Shown here piece by piece: positions 1 through 12,954 of a DNA stretch of 64,000 nt (position 1 is the first letter of the stretch; each line of letters starts with the position of its first letter). The stretch covers positions 211,420,001 to 211,484,000 of the forward strand of contig OX597815.1 of NCBI GenBank assembly GCA_951406725.2, read 5' to 3'. This DNA comes from Octopus vulgaris (taxonomy: Eukaryota). The notes under the pieces are model-generated. The model ran no database searches. It worked only from the letters and a program-made list of their open reading frames with translations, and was not told the DNA's origin. Both the position numbers and the translations under genes were made by a program.

Positions 1-10
1 TATTTACATA

Positions 11-198
11 GGCATAGGAGTGGCTGTGTGGTAAGTAGCTTGCTTACGAACCACATGGTTCCGGGTTCAGTCCCATGGGCGAGTGTCTTCTACTATAGCC
101 TCGGGCCGACCAAAGCCTTGTAAGTGGATTTGGTAGACGGAAACTGAAAGAAGCCCGTCGTATATATGTATGTGTGTATATGTGTATATGTATATATG

Positions 199-231
<33 letters not shown>

Positions 232-310
232 GTATGTGTGTATATGTATGTATGTGTGTCTGTCCCCCCCAATATCCCTTGACAACCGCTGCTGGTGTGT
301 TTGCGTCCCA
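11..310 (+). mobile_element. tRNA-derived SINE, family A (head + body + internal (TA/TATG)n), 3'-truncated at ~310
   Basis: Head GGAGTGGCTGTGTGGTAAG...GGTTCAGTCCC with A/B-box-like motifs; near-identical to the copies at 16512-16884, 19691-20080, 22036-22388 and 51990-52378. Confidence 0.85.
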
Positions 311-1245
311 CAGATCCGGTCGTGCATGGAGCACACGATCCGAAGAGAATGGGAGATAGTGTAATAAGATCTTCAGATTGCTTGAAATGTATTTTGAGAA
401 ATTCATTGCGGGTCTCATCCAAGGAACCTGCAAATCCGTCATCGAGAATATTTTAATTTGGAAGACTTTTTTTTTTTTGTCGTTCCAGTCCGTAGTAATC
501 CCGAACGCTCTCAGTGGCCACCCACTTGCCGAGGATAAAGATAAATACACCTGAAGTGACATGATTATTGACATGACCTTTGCAGTTCGTAGTAAAGTTA
601 TCACTCCAAGTATGACCTTTGTGTTGTTTGAGTGCCACTAATAAAAAGCAAACAAATTTGCGGCAACCCAGTTCGTCATCACTGTTGTGTGCTGTTGAGA
701 GGATGGTAGACATCGATTCAGCCTTCATTTAAGTTTGCACGAATGGCTACTGGGCGATTCGTATGGCATCAAATTTGTGTGGTCTCCAATATGTTTTTTG
801 GACGCGAAACCATACGGCAGAGTGCGCTGGCCGTCTACAAGTGTAACACTATCAATACAACAATTTAAGTGGTTGCGATTGGGTTAATCCTACGCTGATC
901 TGACTTTACACTAATTTCAAATGGAAATTGATGGTTAATCTAACGCAGTGATTGATTAGATTGTCTGACTGATGATCTGATGTCGTGTAACGTTGTATTT
1001 GACATGTTTGAGGTTGAAAGGAAGATGCCATTATAACATGCGTTTGTTTACTTTTGTGGTGGCATTTTATTATAAGCATTTCTTGTTTATAATAATCTTG
1101 TTCAGTTTCGCTGATTATTTGCTAAAGAGCATTCATCTTCCGAGGTTAGATTTCTTTAAAATCCTATTATACAAAACTATTACAATTGGCAATTTCCGTT
1201 GACTTGAACTACGGTCTACTGTTAAAATTACTAATAATAATAAAG

Positions 1246-1636
1246 TGGGGAGCAGGCAGAAACGTCAGCACATCGGGCGAAATGCTTAGCGGTATTTCGT
1301 CTGCCGTTGCGTTCTGAATTCAAATTCCGCCGAGGTCGACTTTACTTTTCATCTTTCGGGGTCGATAAATTAAGGACCAGTTACGCACTGGGGTCGATAT
1401 AATCGACTTAATCCGTCTGTCTGTCCTTGTTTGTCTCCTCTGTGTTTAGCCCCTTGTGGGTAGTAAAGAAATAAGTATTTCGTCTGTCTTTACGTTCCGA
1501 GTTCAAATTCCGCCGAGGTCGACTTGGTTTTTCATCCTTTCGGGGTCGATAAATTAAGTACCTGTTGCGTACTGGGTCGATCTAATTGACTGGCCATTCC
1601 CCAAAATTTCGGGTCTTGTGCCTAGAGTAGAAATGA
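1246..1636 (+). mobile_element. tRNA-derived SINE, family B, with internally duplicated core module
   Basis: GGCAGAAACGT..AGC head and repeated module GTTCAAATTCCGCCGAGGTCGACTT..TTTCATCCTTTCGGGGTCGATAAATTAAGTACC (reminiscent of the Meta-domain SINE motif); flanked by attactaata direct repeats (~1227 and ~1639). Confidence 0.85.
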
Positions 1637-2215
1637 ATATTACTAATAGCAGATGCAGAAAGCAAGATTGTGTTGTAGATATGAAGTGAAGTAGCTATAC
1701 TGAATTTCTCAAAATACATTTCAAGCAATCTGAAGATTTTATTACACTATCTCCCATTCTATTCAGATCGTGTGCTCCATGCACGACCGGATCCATGGTT
1801 CTCAAAGCCCTCGATTTGATGGACCTGGTGGCCTTGATTGTGTTCTTATTTGACTGAGAATATTTGATGGAGTAGCTTTTGCAGAAGAAACCATATATTC
1901 AAACATTTATTGAAGCACCTCAGAAAGCTGTGTCAAAGAGATAAATAGAACGGCAAGGACAAAAATTTGGTGGTTTCCTGCATATATATGATGCTTATTG
2001 ATGTTTGCTATTGTTGTTGTTATTGCTGCTGTTGTTATTTTTTAGAGCCAGTCGTTGAAGGTAACATATAATCATGGCGATTAAAGCTATAAACATCTAG
2101 TGTTTGCGTGAATATCCAGAAACGTGTGTCCTTCCTGTTGATGCTATTGTTTAGTCCGATTGTCTTTCCGGTCTTTGCCATCCCGAATTTCTCTATACTT
2201 GGGACTATATTGTTA

Positions 2216-2605
2216 ATATATAAAAGTGAAGTTGTGTGTCTGTCTCCTACGATTTAGATTCCTAACTACTCCCACATTTTGCGGTCCAGTTTAACCAAAA
2301 GCGGGTATCTTATAGTCGTGATTCATATCGAGCCCTTCTGGGTATTAGCGCGCGTCTACGATGAGTCTACGATTTTTAAAATAATTTACCATAATTTTTT
2401 TCCCTTTTAATGCATTTTTTCGCTATTATATAAGGGAAGTAACTCTCTAAAAATGTCTACGATGAGTCAACGATTTAAAAAAAAATTACCATCATTTTTT
2501 TCCATTTTTAATGCATTTTTTTGCTATTATTTGGCTATAACTCTCTAAAAACGCTTTATAGTTATTTCCCTTACAAACCCGAGCAACGCCAGGTGATACT
2601 GCTAG
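2216..2605 (+). mobile_element. Non-autonomous Helitron-type element
   Basis: 3' GC-rich hairpin (cccgagcaacgccaggtg) followed by CTAG; homologous to the minus-strand copy at 12955-13472. Confidence 0.75.
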
Positions 2606-3854
2606 TTGTTAATATATCTTCTTTAACCGTAAGGTGTCTTGTATGGGAGATTTCGCTGTTATTCATTTCGGAGGAGTAAGAACAGTGTAGTTGTCAGTAT
2701 GAGCTCTAAAGAGTGGGTCTGGACAATATGGGCCACGTGAAGAGAAAAGAAGTCGGACTCCTAAGTATCTGAGTGGTGGGATGGGAGTAACTGGCTAGTT
2801 AACTCCAAGGCACAGACGTCAATAGAACGGCATTAGGAATTAAAAAAAAGAGAGCACGTCTGTGGGCTACAATTTAAAGTGTATTGGCAAGCGACTTCAT
2901 GCTTATCAGTCGAGTTGCCTTTTGAGGGATTTGGTCCAAGATACCCGTATGAGTAGCAACAGCACTGTCTTAGATTTCGGCATAGTAATCTATTGTATGG
3001 AGGATTAGTGGTAGTTGGGAAATGAAAGATTTTATGGCCCTGACTCTTTGTAAAACAGTCTTTGCTACAGTAGGATGCACAGGAGAGGATTTCTGTGTCG
3101 ATAAAGTTTAGCTATGTAAGAACTTGAATATCAATTCTTGTTGTATACTGTCTATACGGAGGTGAGTTGGATGCGATATTGTTTTCTTCTCTGCGTAGTA
3201 ATTGTGATTTTTATGCCGTTGAAGGAGACAAGGTTGGCATGACCTTTCTGGAGACTATTTTCAAAGTATTTGTTCATGAAGTCAGAGTAGGCTTGCTATG
3301 AAATGTCTAGCTTATATGTAGATGACTCTTGGATTCGTAAGATTAACGAGAATTGAATGGGGATATCATTGCAGAGGGATAAGTGCTGTAGGTCCTTGAT
3401 GTATAAGAGGAAGGGTGTGAGGACAAACCCAAACACCGGAACGCACCAGATGTGGGAGAACGTGGGCCAAAGATACTTTCATCAGTATACTCTGCCACGG
3501 TGCTGTCTCCCGGGAAGTTACTGATCCAAGAAACTCAGCAAGTTGCCACGTCGATGCTTTTCTCAACAGCTGTAAATCAAAATGATCTTAAAAGGTAAAA
3601 GCATATTTCTAGAAGAAATTTCAGTTTTAATGTAGAGAGTAAAAGCAAAGTTAACACAGCCAACTCTATCTAAATGGATTAGAACTAATAATTATAACGT
3701 GTAGTTATTTGATAAATATATAATAATATCACGCACACGGACATACGCACATACATGTGTGTATGTATAAATATTTATATTATATCAATATTTATTAAAA
3801 CTGTGATAACACCAAGTGCAGTATCTTGGGACAAAATCCCGTTTATCTTTTCAT

Positions 3855-4292
3855 TTCACTTGTTTCAGTCACTGGATTGTGGCTATGCTGGAGCACAGCC
3901 TTGAAAGATTTTAGTTGAACAAATAACCTGCAGTACTTATTTTAGCGATATTACTTGCCGAATCGCTTAGTTACAGGGATGCAAACAAACCTACATAAGC
4001 TGTTAAACGGTGAAATGAGGACAAGCCCCCCACACACACACACACACGCATATATATATATGCGTGTGTGTGTGTCTTTATGTCTGTTTGTACCTCTCCC
4101 CATACACTTATATATATATATTTCATAAATATAATACACACACACAAAATATGTAGATATACTGTTTACCAACTCACTCACAAGGTATTGGTTGGCAATA
4201 GTAGAAAACACTTGTCCAAGATGCCACAGAGTGAGACTGAACCCAAAAACACAAGGTTGCAAAGCTAGCTTCTTAACTACTGAGCCATGTCT
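3855..4292 (-). mobile_element. Older, diverged family A SINE
   Basis: Recognisable tail (acttgtttcagtca...ctggagcac) and head (actcacaaggtattgg...gactgaaccc), with an internal CA/TA tract. Confidence 0.65.
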
Positions 4293-4787
4293 GCAGTTAG
4301 TTAATTAGTTCGCTTAGTTTGAGTGTTCGAATCCTGCTGGAGCTTCTTTATATTTTGGCCTTTTAAGAATCGAAAGAATAAAAAGCCTGTCTAGATGTGT
4401 GGTCCACGAATAAATCGACGGCGCTTCGCACACCAATTTTGGTTTTGTTCCTATCACGAATACAAATTCCTATCACCCTTTTTCTCCTTCCCTATCCTTC
4501 TGATATAAAATATTCTGACGACCTTAACCAGAAAAGTACAATTTCTAGTAAAACACACCAAAGAAAGTAAAGTGATTTATCTAACAGTGCCAGTAAGAGA
4601 ATGAATAAATGCTGATAACGTATGAACAAGTTATTTGAGTGCTTAATTTTTTTTTCGCTGCTAAATTATACCGAGCGGAAAGCAAATCCCAGTTACTCTC
4701 CTAAGGATAAGGCGGTGTGTGAGAAAAGGAAGAAAAAGCGTGGGGACGAAATAGGATAGTAATTAATTGATTAGAATATTAGTTAAA

Positions 4788-4835
<48 letters not shown>

Positions 4836-4837
<2 letters not shown>

Positions 4838-5046
4838 TTAATCGAAACATGAACAAAGAGAAAACACAACAACGCGTGGACGTGGAACATGTATAGTGTT
4901 ATTGGACGCTCAGGAAAGGATAGAAAGAAGGAGGATTTAACGTTTTGAGCGGAGCTCATCGTCAGAAACAGAAGAAGGAAAGGTCCAAGGAAGGGAAGGC
5001 GGAGAAAGAAAATCGCCAACGATACACACGCGGTCACATATTGAAA
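4836..5046 (-). mobile_element. Short (TA)n-flanked element carrying a minimal hammerhead-ribozyme motif (Penelope pLTR/retrozyme-like)
   Basis: About 210-bp insert between (TA)n tracts; minus strand 4969-4935 reads gttt-CTGACGA-T-GAGC-tcc-GCTC-AAAA-CG-TT-aaat. Confidence 0.55.
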
Positions 5047-5379
5047 TATATATATATATATATTGCGAAAGAGCTAAGGTATCAGATCATCCGAAAAGAG
5101 TATAATACGAAGTAGTCATAAATGTATACATTCACAAAGGCGACGTCCTGTTAGAATCGCTAACACGGCGGACACAATGCTACACGACATCTCTTCCGGT
5201 TTTACGTTCCGAGTTCAGATTCCACCGACTGAGATTGATGTAATCGTCTAGCCAAACTCCCTGCAAAATTTCAAGCCATGTATCTATAGCACGCGACCTG
5301 AAATTTTATATCATATTATATTCCTTCCCATGACTTTCATCTCTTATGTCCCTGCCGTAGGGCTTCACTTCCACACACT

Positions 5380-5725
5380 CCAGCTTAATTTAATTCGTCT
5401 TTAGTCGAAAGACACCTGTTGTTAATGTCCTGTTGTTTGTATTTGTAATTGTGTACCATTTCTCTGGGGTTTTTTTTTCGTCCTTCTTTTCGTTATACAT
5501 TCGTTTGCTTTCTTCCAAAGAATCTAGCACTCTTAGCTTAGATTTTCTTGGAGCCGGTCAGATTGGAGCAGTCTTGAGTGTGACCGTCGAAACTGCTAAG
5601 ATAATCTGGTACTCGACTGAGGATAGGAAGCTCCGAATGACCCGTCCTTGTTTTTTTCCCGTCCTTCTTTTAATCGTTTAATTGTCCGAATGTTACGTTC
5701 TCAATCCATTTTTTGTTTTGTGTTA
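5380..5725 (+). mobile_element. Dispersed repeat next to a microsatellite, homologous (inverted) to 27355-27700
   Basis: Shared blocks such as cttagc/ttagattttcttgg, gactga.gat...gaatg.cccgtcc and gttacgttct; both copies end at CA/TA tracts. Confidence 0.6.
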
Positions 5726-5748
5726 CACACACACACACACACACACAT

Positions 5749-5799
<51 letters not shown>

Positions 5800-6305
5800 C
5801 TCACATTAAAATGCCAAAAGGATAATTGACTTGTTGCTTGGCTGACTGGCAATAATAATGAGGATAATAATGATGATGACGACGACGACTCCGAAATTTG
5901 GAATCACTTCTTGAGTGTAAACAATACCCTGCCGTTGCTGGTGACTCCACTCCTGCACCCACCGCCGTTGCTGAGAGTGTAATTAAACATAGTACCATAG
6001 ATGTATACACAAATTTGTTATTTAATATCTGGCCAGACAGATTAGTGGGGTAAGTAGAATAAAATGACTCCATCCAGGATATTGAACAGGCGAAAAAGAT
6101 CACTGGGGAAATATAAACATTAAAAGATCTGATGACATCCAGGCATTAAAATACTGATGCTTTTACGCACGAAACCAGGTCGTTGCATCACTTTCAGCTC
6201 CTAAAATATTAAAACTCAAATAGAAGATGACATTTGTATTTGTTTTGTTAAAGTAATACTAATAGCAATTCGAAAATGTGAATTTACGAGGAAATTTCGA
6301 AGAAT

Positions 6306-6495
6306 TAGAAAGAAAGTAAAAGAAAGAAAGAAGTAAAAGAAAGAAAGAAAGAAAGGAGGAAAGAAGGAAAGAAAGAAAGAAAGAAAGGAGGAAAGAAGGA
6401 AAGAAAGAAAGAAAGAAAGGAGGAAAGAAGGAAAGAAAGAAAGAAAATAAAGAAAATAAGAAAGAAAATAAGAAAATAAGAAAGAAAGAAAGAAC
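6306..6495. repeat. (GAAA/GGAA)n purine microsatellite
   Basis: Directly visible. Confidence 0.95.
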
Positions 6496-7899
6496 TCAAC
6501 AGTAAGAGAAATTAAAGAGAAAAACTGTCAGAGACATCAGTTACAGGCATACAGTGCCAATGGAACAAGATTTCTATAAACTGTTTTCCATTTAGTGAAA
6601 GGGAAAGAAAAGAAAGTAAGACGAGAAGAGGGCAGAGAGGGAATCTATTTAACATATGGAACCGTGTGTCTGAGAAGGAAGGTTATTCTGGACTACTGAC
6701 CTAATTGTATGGGGTGTCTTTCCACAGCCAGCAGCCAGTCAACCACACACACACACACACACTTTTTTCCTTCTTATTTTCGTTTTCTGTCTCTATATCT
6801 ACCGCACACCATACACATTTACATACAAGGCGAGTGAGTTGGTACAAACGATATACCATCATCGGATTACACGCAGAGCAAGACTGAGGCTACGCGGCCG
6901 CTCAACCTGCTAAAACAAGCAATCAAACCTCGCTCCTATAAAAAGGGAAGGACACGCGTGTGTCAAGGATGACATAGCCCTAGAAGTACATCATATAAAA
7001 AAAAAGCCATTGCGATCATGGCTTGAGCATCTTTGATTATAAGACTTCTCACGTCGGCGTTCACCTTGAACTTACTCAACAGCATTTAAAAGTATGTCAG
7101 GTGTTTAAGAGTTCGATCCTCGTCGTCGCCATAAAAAAAAACAACTTATCTTTAATCCACCTGGGATCAATAAAAAGATGGGATAAAAGAAAGTATTAAT
7201 GCAGATTGGCGTCTTTCACTGAGTTAATCTAGATTGGCGCAGCTGTAAGAATGTCAGACCGGATGCCTTGCAGTATTTGTTTCAGTTCGCTGCCTTCTGA
7301 GTTCAAATCGCGCTATGATTTAATCCATCGCCCGATTTGATACCAATACCGGGCACCTTCTCTGCCTTTAGCGAAGTCAACTCTTTCGCAAACATTCTGG
7401 TTTGGGAATACATTCCTCCATCACTTCCATCAAACTCAGAAACCCTGTAACAGATCATGGGTTCTGCCTTGCCTTTTGACCAAGAAATTAAAAGAAAAAG
7501 AACAAAAAATTTTCCAAAGCCTTATTTTAATCGATCGTAAAAGACAGCGAATATGACATGTATATAAATACAGAAAAACAAAATAAAATAGACAGAACAC
7601 GACCAGAGAGGAGTAGAGATATGAGGAACAGGAAGCCACCTAAGAGATCACAGAATGGTGTGACGAAAGAACTCCGATAATAAAGTTAAAATGGAGATCC
7701 AATAAATGGTGCGTGTGTTTATTGACAAAAAAAAGAAAACACACGCACGCGCGCGCGTGTGCGTACGTATGTATGTATGTATCTATGCGTACGCGCGTGC
7801 GCCTGTGTGTGTGTGTGTATATGTGGTTTGTGCCTATATTAGAAAATAACTTGAACTTAATCAGACAATAACACTGTGTCTATGCTAAGCTTGAGATTT

Positions 7900-9120
7900 A
7901 GGGTGATTAAATGTACACCTTATAACGAACTAGTTGCCAATTTAAAACTCGAAATACAGGAACGACATGAAGAACTTCCAAGGAACCCCTAAAAAGCCGA
8001 CTTCTTGTCCGAAAGCCAGAGCGTCTTTGTACGCTTGAATAAGCCCTAAAGTGTCTATCAGATGGAGCCATCCACACAAAACATGGCAAATATTTACAAA
8101 GAAAAATAAAGAATAAACAAATAACCTTGAAGTTATCACCAAGTCTCACCACAGAAAACAGAATCTACGTTCTAATCCTAAAAACTCCAGCTTACCGACA
8201 AAGGTTAAAAAAAGTTATACAGCCCCGCTAGTCGATTAATAATTCAGACTAAACCACAATTAAGAAGATACTAAGAGAAAAATCGTAGACAGACTCATCC
8301 TCATAGTCAAAAACAATTCCTACCTTTCACTGTGGAGTAACAGCTTAGAGAAAACGTAAACTTTCGCACAATTCGACGTTAACAACTAATAATACCTTTC
8401 AATTGCTTGATCCAAAAATTGTCACCTATTTGGATCCAACATCTTGAGATACGTTATAAAATCTGCAATTTTCTTCTACAACAGCTTATTGATTAAAAGC
8501 ACTCCACTCATCCGTTTTGACCCCAGCATGAGCACATTCGATTCAGCCGAAGAAAGTGACCCGATCGACCTACTCAAGATCAAAAAAAAAAAATCTCTTC
8601 CCATCAACAGAGGTAACAGTTTTCTTTATTTTTAATCCTGAAAAGCACAAACCCTATCATTACAGAAAATACAGAAAAAAAAACTAAGTACTTTAACTGC
8701 ACTATCAACAACACCATCATTAAAGGAATCGGTTTGCGAGTCACCTTAAATCTTACCAGCTCCTAATACCAACCGTTGAAGAAACCCAGTGAAACCTTGT
8801 AATATATACACACTTTATCGAACCATACAACTCTAATTTAAAAGCTCTCCAAAAACATTTGGCTTCGTCCCGCTCAGCATTCAGACAACGAATATTGCTT
8901 TAGTGGTTTTAAACAAAATACATTTCATAAAAACCCATAACTCCAGAACAAAACTAACAAAAGGGACGAGATATGTTAAGCAAACCCCATTCAACTTTAA
9001 AGTAACAACACCCGTAGCTAATTCTTCCTAAATTCAATTTTAAAACAAAACCTTGTCAAAAACACGTTTGTACCTACATATAAACACCTAAAGGCACCCA
9101 GCTCCACGCTCAAAATGCGG
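7900..9120 (+). pseudogene. Decayed Penelope-like element reverse transcriptase/linker (PTCRLINP-type lineage)
   Basis: Frameshift-tolerant translation gives PASRLIIQTKPQLRR..KIVDRLILIVKNNSYLSLWSNS (cf. PTCRLINPxKxEIGxISKxILDxIN...WxNT), TFAQFDVNN**YLSI (cf. FxxFDIxxFYPSI) and NPxFNFKVTTPVANxFLNSI (cf. NPPFSxxVKTNIGxxFLxLI). Confidence 0.7.
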
Positions 9121-10311
9121 AGAGAAAAAAGATAACAGGCATACATTTTTACTTCCATATTGATGCATCCAACACCAATAAACAGATTGTAAAAGAAATA
9201 TTAATTATCTAGATAATTGTTTTGTTTGTTTGTCGTAAACTGGAACCACAAGTTTAAGGAACGAGTTTCACACAAACACACATGTAGGACAGCGCACTCA
9301 CATGCAGGTGCGCGCGTAGACGTGTGGCCGCGCACACACAAAATAACCAAAACAAAATTGTTTCTCTTTCCTTCAAATGCTTGTTTGGAATGGGGAATTT
9401 CATATCTAACTGAATTTATTTCAGTACTTGACGAGTAATTATCTTATCGATCTCAGAATGGTGTTGGATAAAGTTGACTTCGGTAGGATATGAACTCAGA
9501 AAACAAACCAGCCTAACTTAATATTGGTGTTCAAAATGATACTTCATTACAAAGCATTATTATCAGAATAATTTCTAGCATTAGCACAATGCTAGAAACT
9601 TGTATAAGCGAGGAGCAAAGGTTAAACCAGAGCTTACTGGTATTGTTTTATCGATCTCGGAAAATTAAACGAAGTCGACCGCGGTGGGATTTGAAATCAG
9701 AATGTAAATGAATGTAACTAAAAGCCGCAAGGTAGATTCTCCGCCGACAGCGTACAAAACTCGCCAAATTTCTCTCACAATGTAAATTTTTTTTTCCAGT
9801 GTTGCAAAACATCAGCTCTGAGGGTTTGTTTCTTTCTGCTTTCTTTATCACTTTTCTTTTATCTATTTATTTATTACATTATTTCATTTAACCTTGAAAG
9901 TTTAGCCTTTAACACACACCATACAATACACACACATACATATGTTTATATATATGCAAGTGACAAGCAAATGTTAGAATAAATTTCCTAGAACTAGTTC
10001 ACCGAGACTAAACGTGAACTTTGCTCTTTGTTGAAGGATTTCAGAAATGTCTACAGCAGGGAACGTAGGCAGTGGATCATAGCAAGAGGTTTCTTTGGCT
10101 TATCTATTTCTGTCGAGTATATCTTCTTTTTTTCTTTTTCTGTCTATAATTATGTCAGTAAGTATAAACTCAGCTGATATTGTTACTTAGCTTGCAATGA
10201 ATTATAAAGTAGGAAACAGACAGATAAGGATTATACCGGATGAAAAAAATACATAAGAAAAATAAATGGGTAAAGCTTCAAATCCTACCACCTTATATGT
10301 GTGTCTTTATG

Positions 10312-10532
10312 TCCACAGTAAAAGGTAGGAATTGTTTTTGACTATGAGGATGATTCTGTCAACGATTTTTCTCTCAATATCTTCTTAATTGTGGTTTAGT
10401 CTGAATTATTAATCGACTAGAGGGGGTGGGGGGCTGTATAACTTTTTTTTTAACTTTTGTAGGTAAGATGGAGTTTTTAGGACTAGAACGTAGATTCTGT
10501 TTTCTGTGTTGAGACTTGGTGATAACTTCAAG
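10312..10532 (-). repeat. Inverted ~210-bp copy of the Penelope-like RT segment at 8126-8336
   Basis: The reverse complement aligns end to end with scattered substitutions. Confidence 0.85.
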
Positions 10533-10764
10533 CTTCGAAACCTACGAATGCTATGATTCTATGCTTCCCAAGTCAATCTTGGTCGAACAGATATATGACA
10601 GAAAGCATTCAAGCCATGGACATTTCGTTTGGTTTTCCAGAATGGTGTACCTTAGACAAGCGGTTCTTAAAAAGACAAATAGTAGTTTCGCTTCCAATAT
10701 CAAAATTGTCTGCCTCTTTTTCACTCCTAATGAGAAAGCAAAATAAAGTTTGCAACCTCTCTTT

Positions 10765-11092
10765 TATTTTTTACTTGCTTCGGTCATAGGACTGTGGCCA
10801 TAATGGGACACTAACTTGAAGGGTTTTAGTCGAACAAATCGACCCCAAGACTTATATTTTAAGTCTGGAACTATGCTGTCGGTCTCTTTTCTAGAGCCTC
10901 TGAGTTAAAGAATACGTCAACAAACAAATACCAATTGACAAGTGATGGAGTGAATACAAACACAGACATAAAGACACACAAATAAGACGGATTTCCATCT
11001 ATCAAATGCACTCACAAGGCAATGGTCGGCTCGGTGCTATATCAGAAGACTTGTCCAAGGTGCTATACAGTGGAACTGAACTGGAAACCTTG
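10765..11092 (-). mobile_element. Older, diverged family A SINE
   Basis: Retains tttagtcgaacaaatcgacccc, cactcacaaggc..tggtcggc and actgaac motifs. Confidence 0.6.
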
Positions 11093-11914
11093 GTATCGGA
11101 CAAGTTTTAAAATTTTGAAGCTATCTTAATTTAACATTACGATTAAACAGCGCTTTTCAATCCTCACATCTCGACCCCTATGAGAGACACTGTCCAGGGC
11201 AATATTATATGTTTCCTTTTTGTTAAGGAGGTAGGATATGATTTCAGAATGATTTGGCTAGATTGTCTAGCATTTCGAGGAACTATCTAGAAGCTTCTCC
11301 TAGCATCAAATGTAAAGAATGATGGAAGGCTTCAATACATCTATCGATGCCATAAAGATAATCTCATTATAAAAGAAAAGTAAAATAACGAAAAACTAAC
11401 GTAAAAACAATACAAAGTTAACTACTGTATTATTAACGTGCTGTTAATAATTATTTCTACTACAGACACATTGCCTGAAACTTTGTGGGGAAGGGCTAAG
11501 GCTTTAAATAACCCCAGTGCTTATCTGGCATTTATTTTATGAACCCCGAAATGGTGAAAGGCAAATGAGAAATTTGAACTGGGAACGTAAAGCGGGAAGA
11601 CATGCTACTAAACATAGTTTGTCGTGATAAAGATTCTGCCAGTTCATCACCTTTAATGAACCATTCATAATGCTTTGGAGATACGTTTATTTGGCAAATT
11701 ACTTGATGAGCGATCACGTGGTAAAAGTGATACAAAAGAATTGGCATTCGATCCGTCCTGATAGTCGTTTTAAAATACGTATTGTATGTTGTTGTTATAT
11801 TAACTTTTATTATCTTTTGGTAGCACTGATATACATGAAAAGGGGAGAGAGGGGGGGTAAGGATGATAAACTATTTACAAAAACGTCACTAACAGAACGT
11901 CACTAGCCTTTGGC

Positions 11915-12645
11915 AGTATGGATTTCCTAAACCATATTCTAGAAGGAATAGATAGAGACAATCCTAGTTAGCTTTGACGTAACCAGTCTCAAATATCCCG
12001 TATGGATTAGAAACAATAGAATTCCGGACAGATAAATACCCACAAAGAATTCGGGAGAGGTTCCCAAAAGAATCTATACTTGAAGGATTACGGTTAGTAC
12101 TAGAAAAGAACAACTTCTTTGATAACCAATATTATCTACAAGTACAAGGCATGGCAAAGGGGACGAAAGTCGCACCAACGTTTGCGTCACTAGTAATGGG
12201 GTACCTAGAAGAAAAAATATATGCACTGTCCAGAATTACACTTGATCATTATTTACAAATCTATTTAATAGGGAATCTGCAAAAGCTTCTTGAATGACTG
12301 CTTCATATTTTGGAACAAAAGTAAGGAGGACTGTACAAGATTCCTTAAATCAATAAACTCAGGTAGTGCCCCAGTATAGTCACAGTCTAATGACTAAAAC
12401 AAGCAAAAAGGCATTCATGAATTGTTACAATTTTACTATGTATAGAAATAAAAAGGAGCTCCCTTTTCTGAACATTCTAATGCCTACCACCATTCCCATT
12501 CAAAAAGGAACATACTATTCGGTATGATAAGACATATATGCTCAGACGAGAGAAAGGACTGGCAGAACTAAACATGTTCCTTCAAAAACAGAAATACCCA
12601 CAAAAATTAATAAATTATGACATATAGCCAAAGCAAAAGAACCCC
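11915..12645 (+). pseudogene. Decayed Penelope-like (Neptune-type) reverse transcriptase
   Basis: Translates with breaks to SMDFLNHI...ILVSFDVTSL..NIP...LVLEKNNF.FDNQYYLQVQGMAKGTKVAPTFASLVMGYLEEKIY...LNDCFIFW...ELPFLNIL, i.e. PLE RT motifs (GTAMGTKxAPxYAxLxMGYLE; xLDDCFIFW). Confidence 0.85.
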
Positions 12646-12954
12646 CGATCGGTTGAGAAAAGCACTATTTGTTGATTTACGATGAACTTGGCTTAACACT
12701 GAGTTTATACACCATCATTCTTATGTACTGAATGATAAAGAAAGTCTTCCCTTAACATATGTGGCTTTTATTGCTTATGAGATACTAGTCTGCCCATAAT
12801 AAGTCATCGCAGGCCATGTAATTTGTTTTTCAGCAGACTTTTGAAGAAAGAAGGATATAATTCAATGGCGGTTAGTAATTCATAAGAGAAGCTTTACTAT
12901 ATATTATACATATTCGAATATACTGGTAGAGAATTATATATATATATATATATA

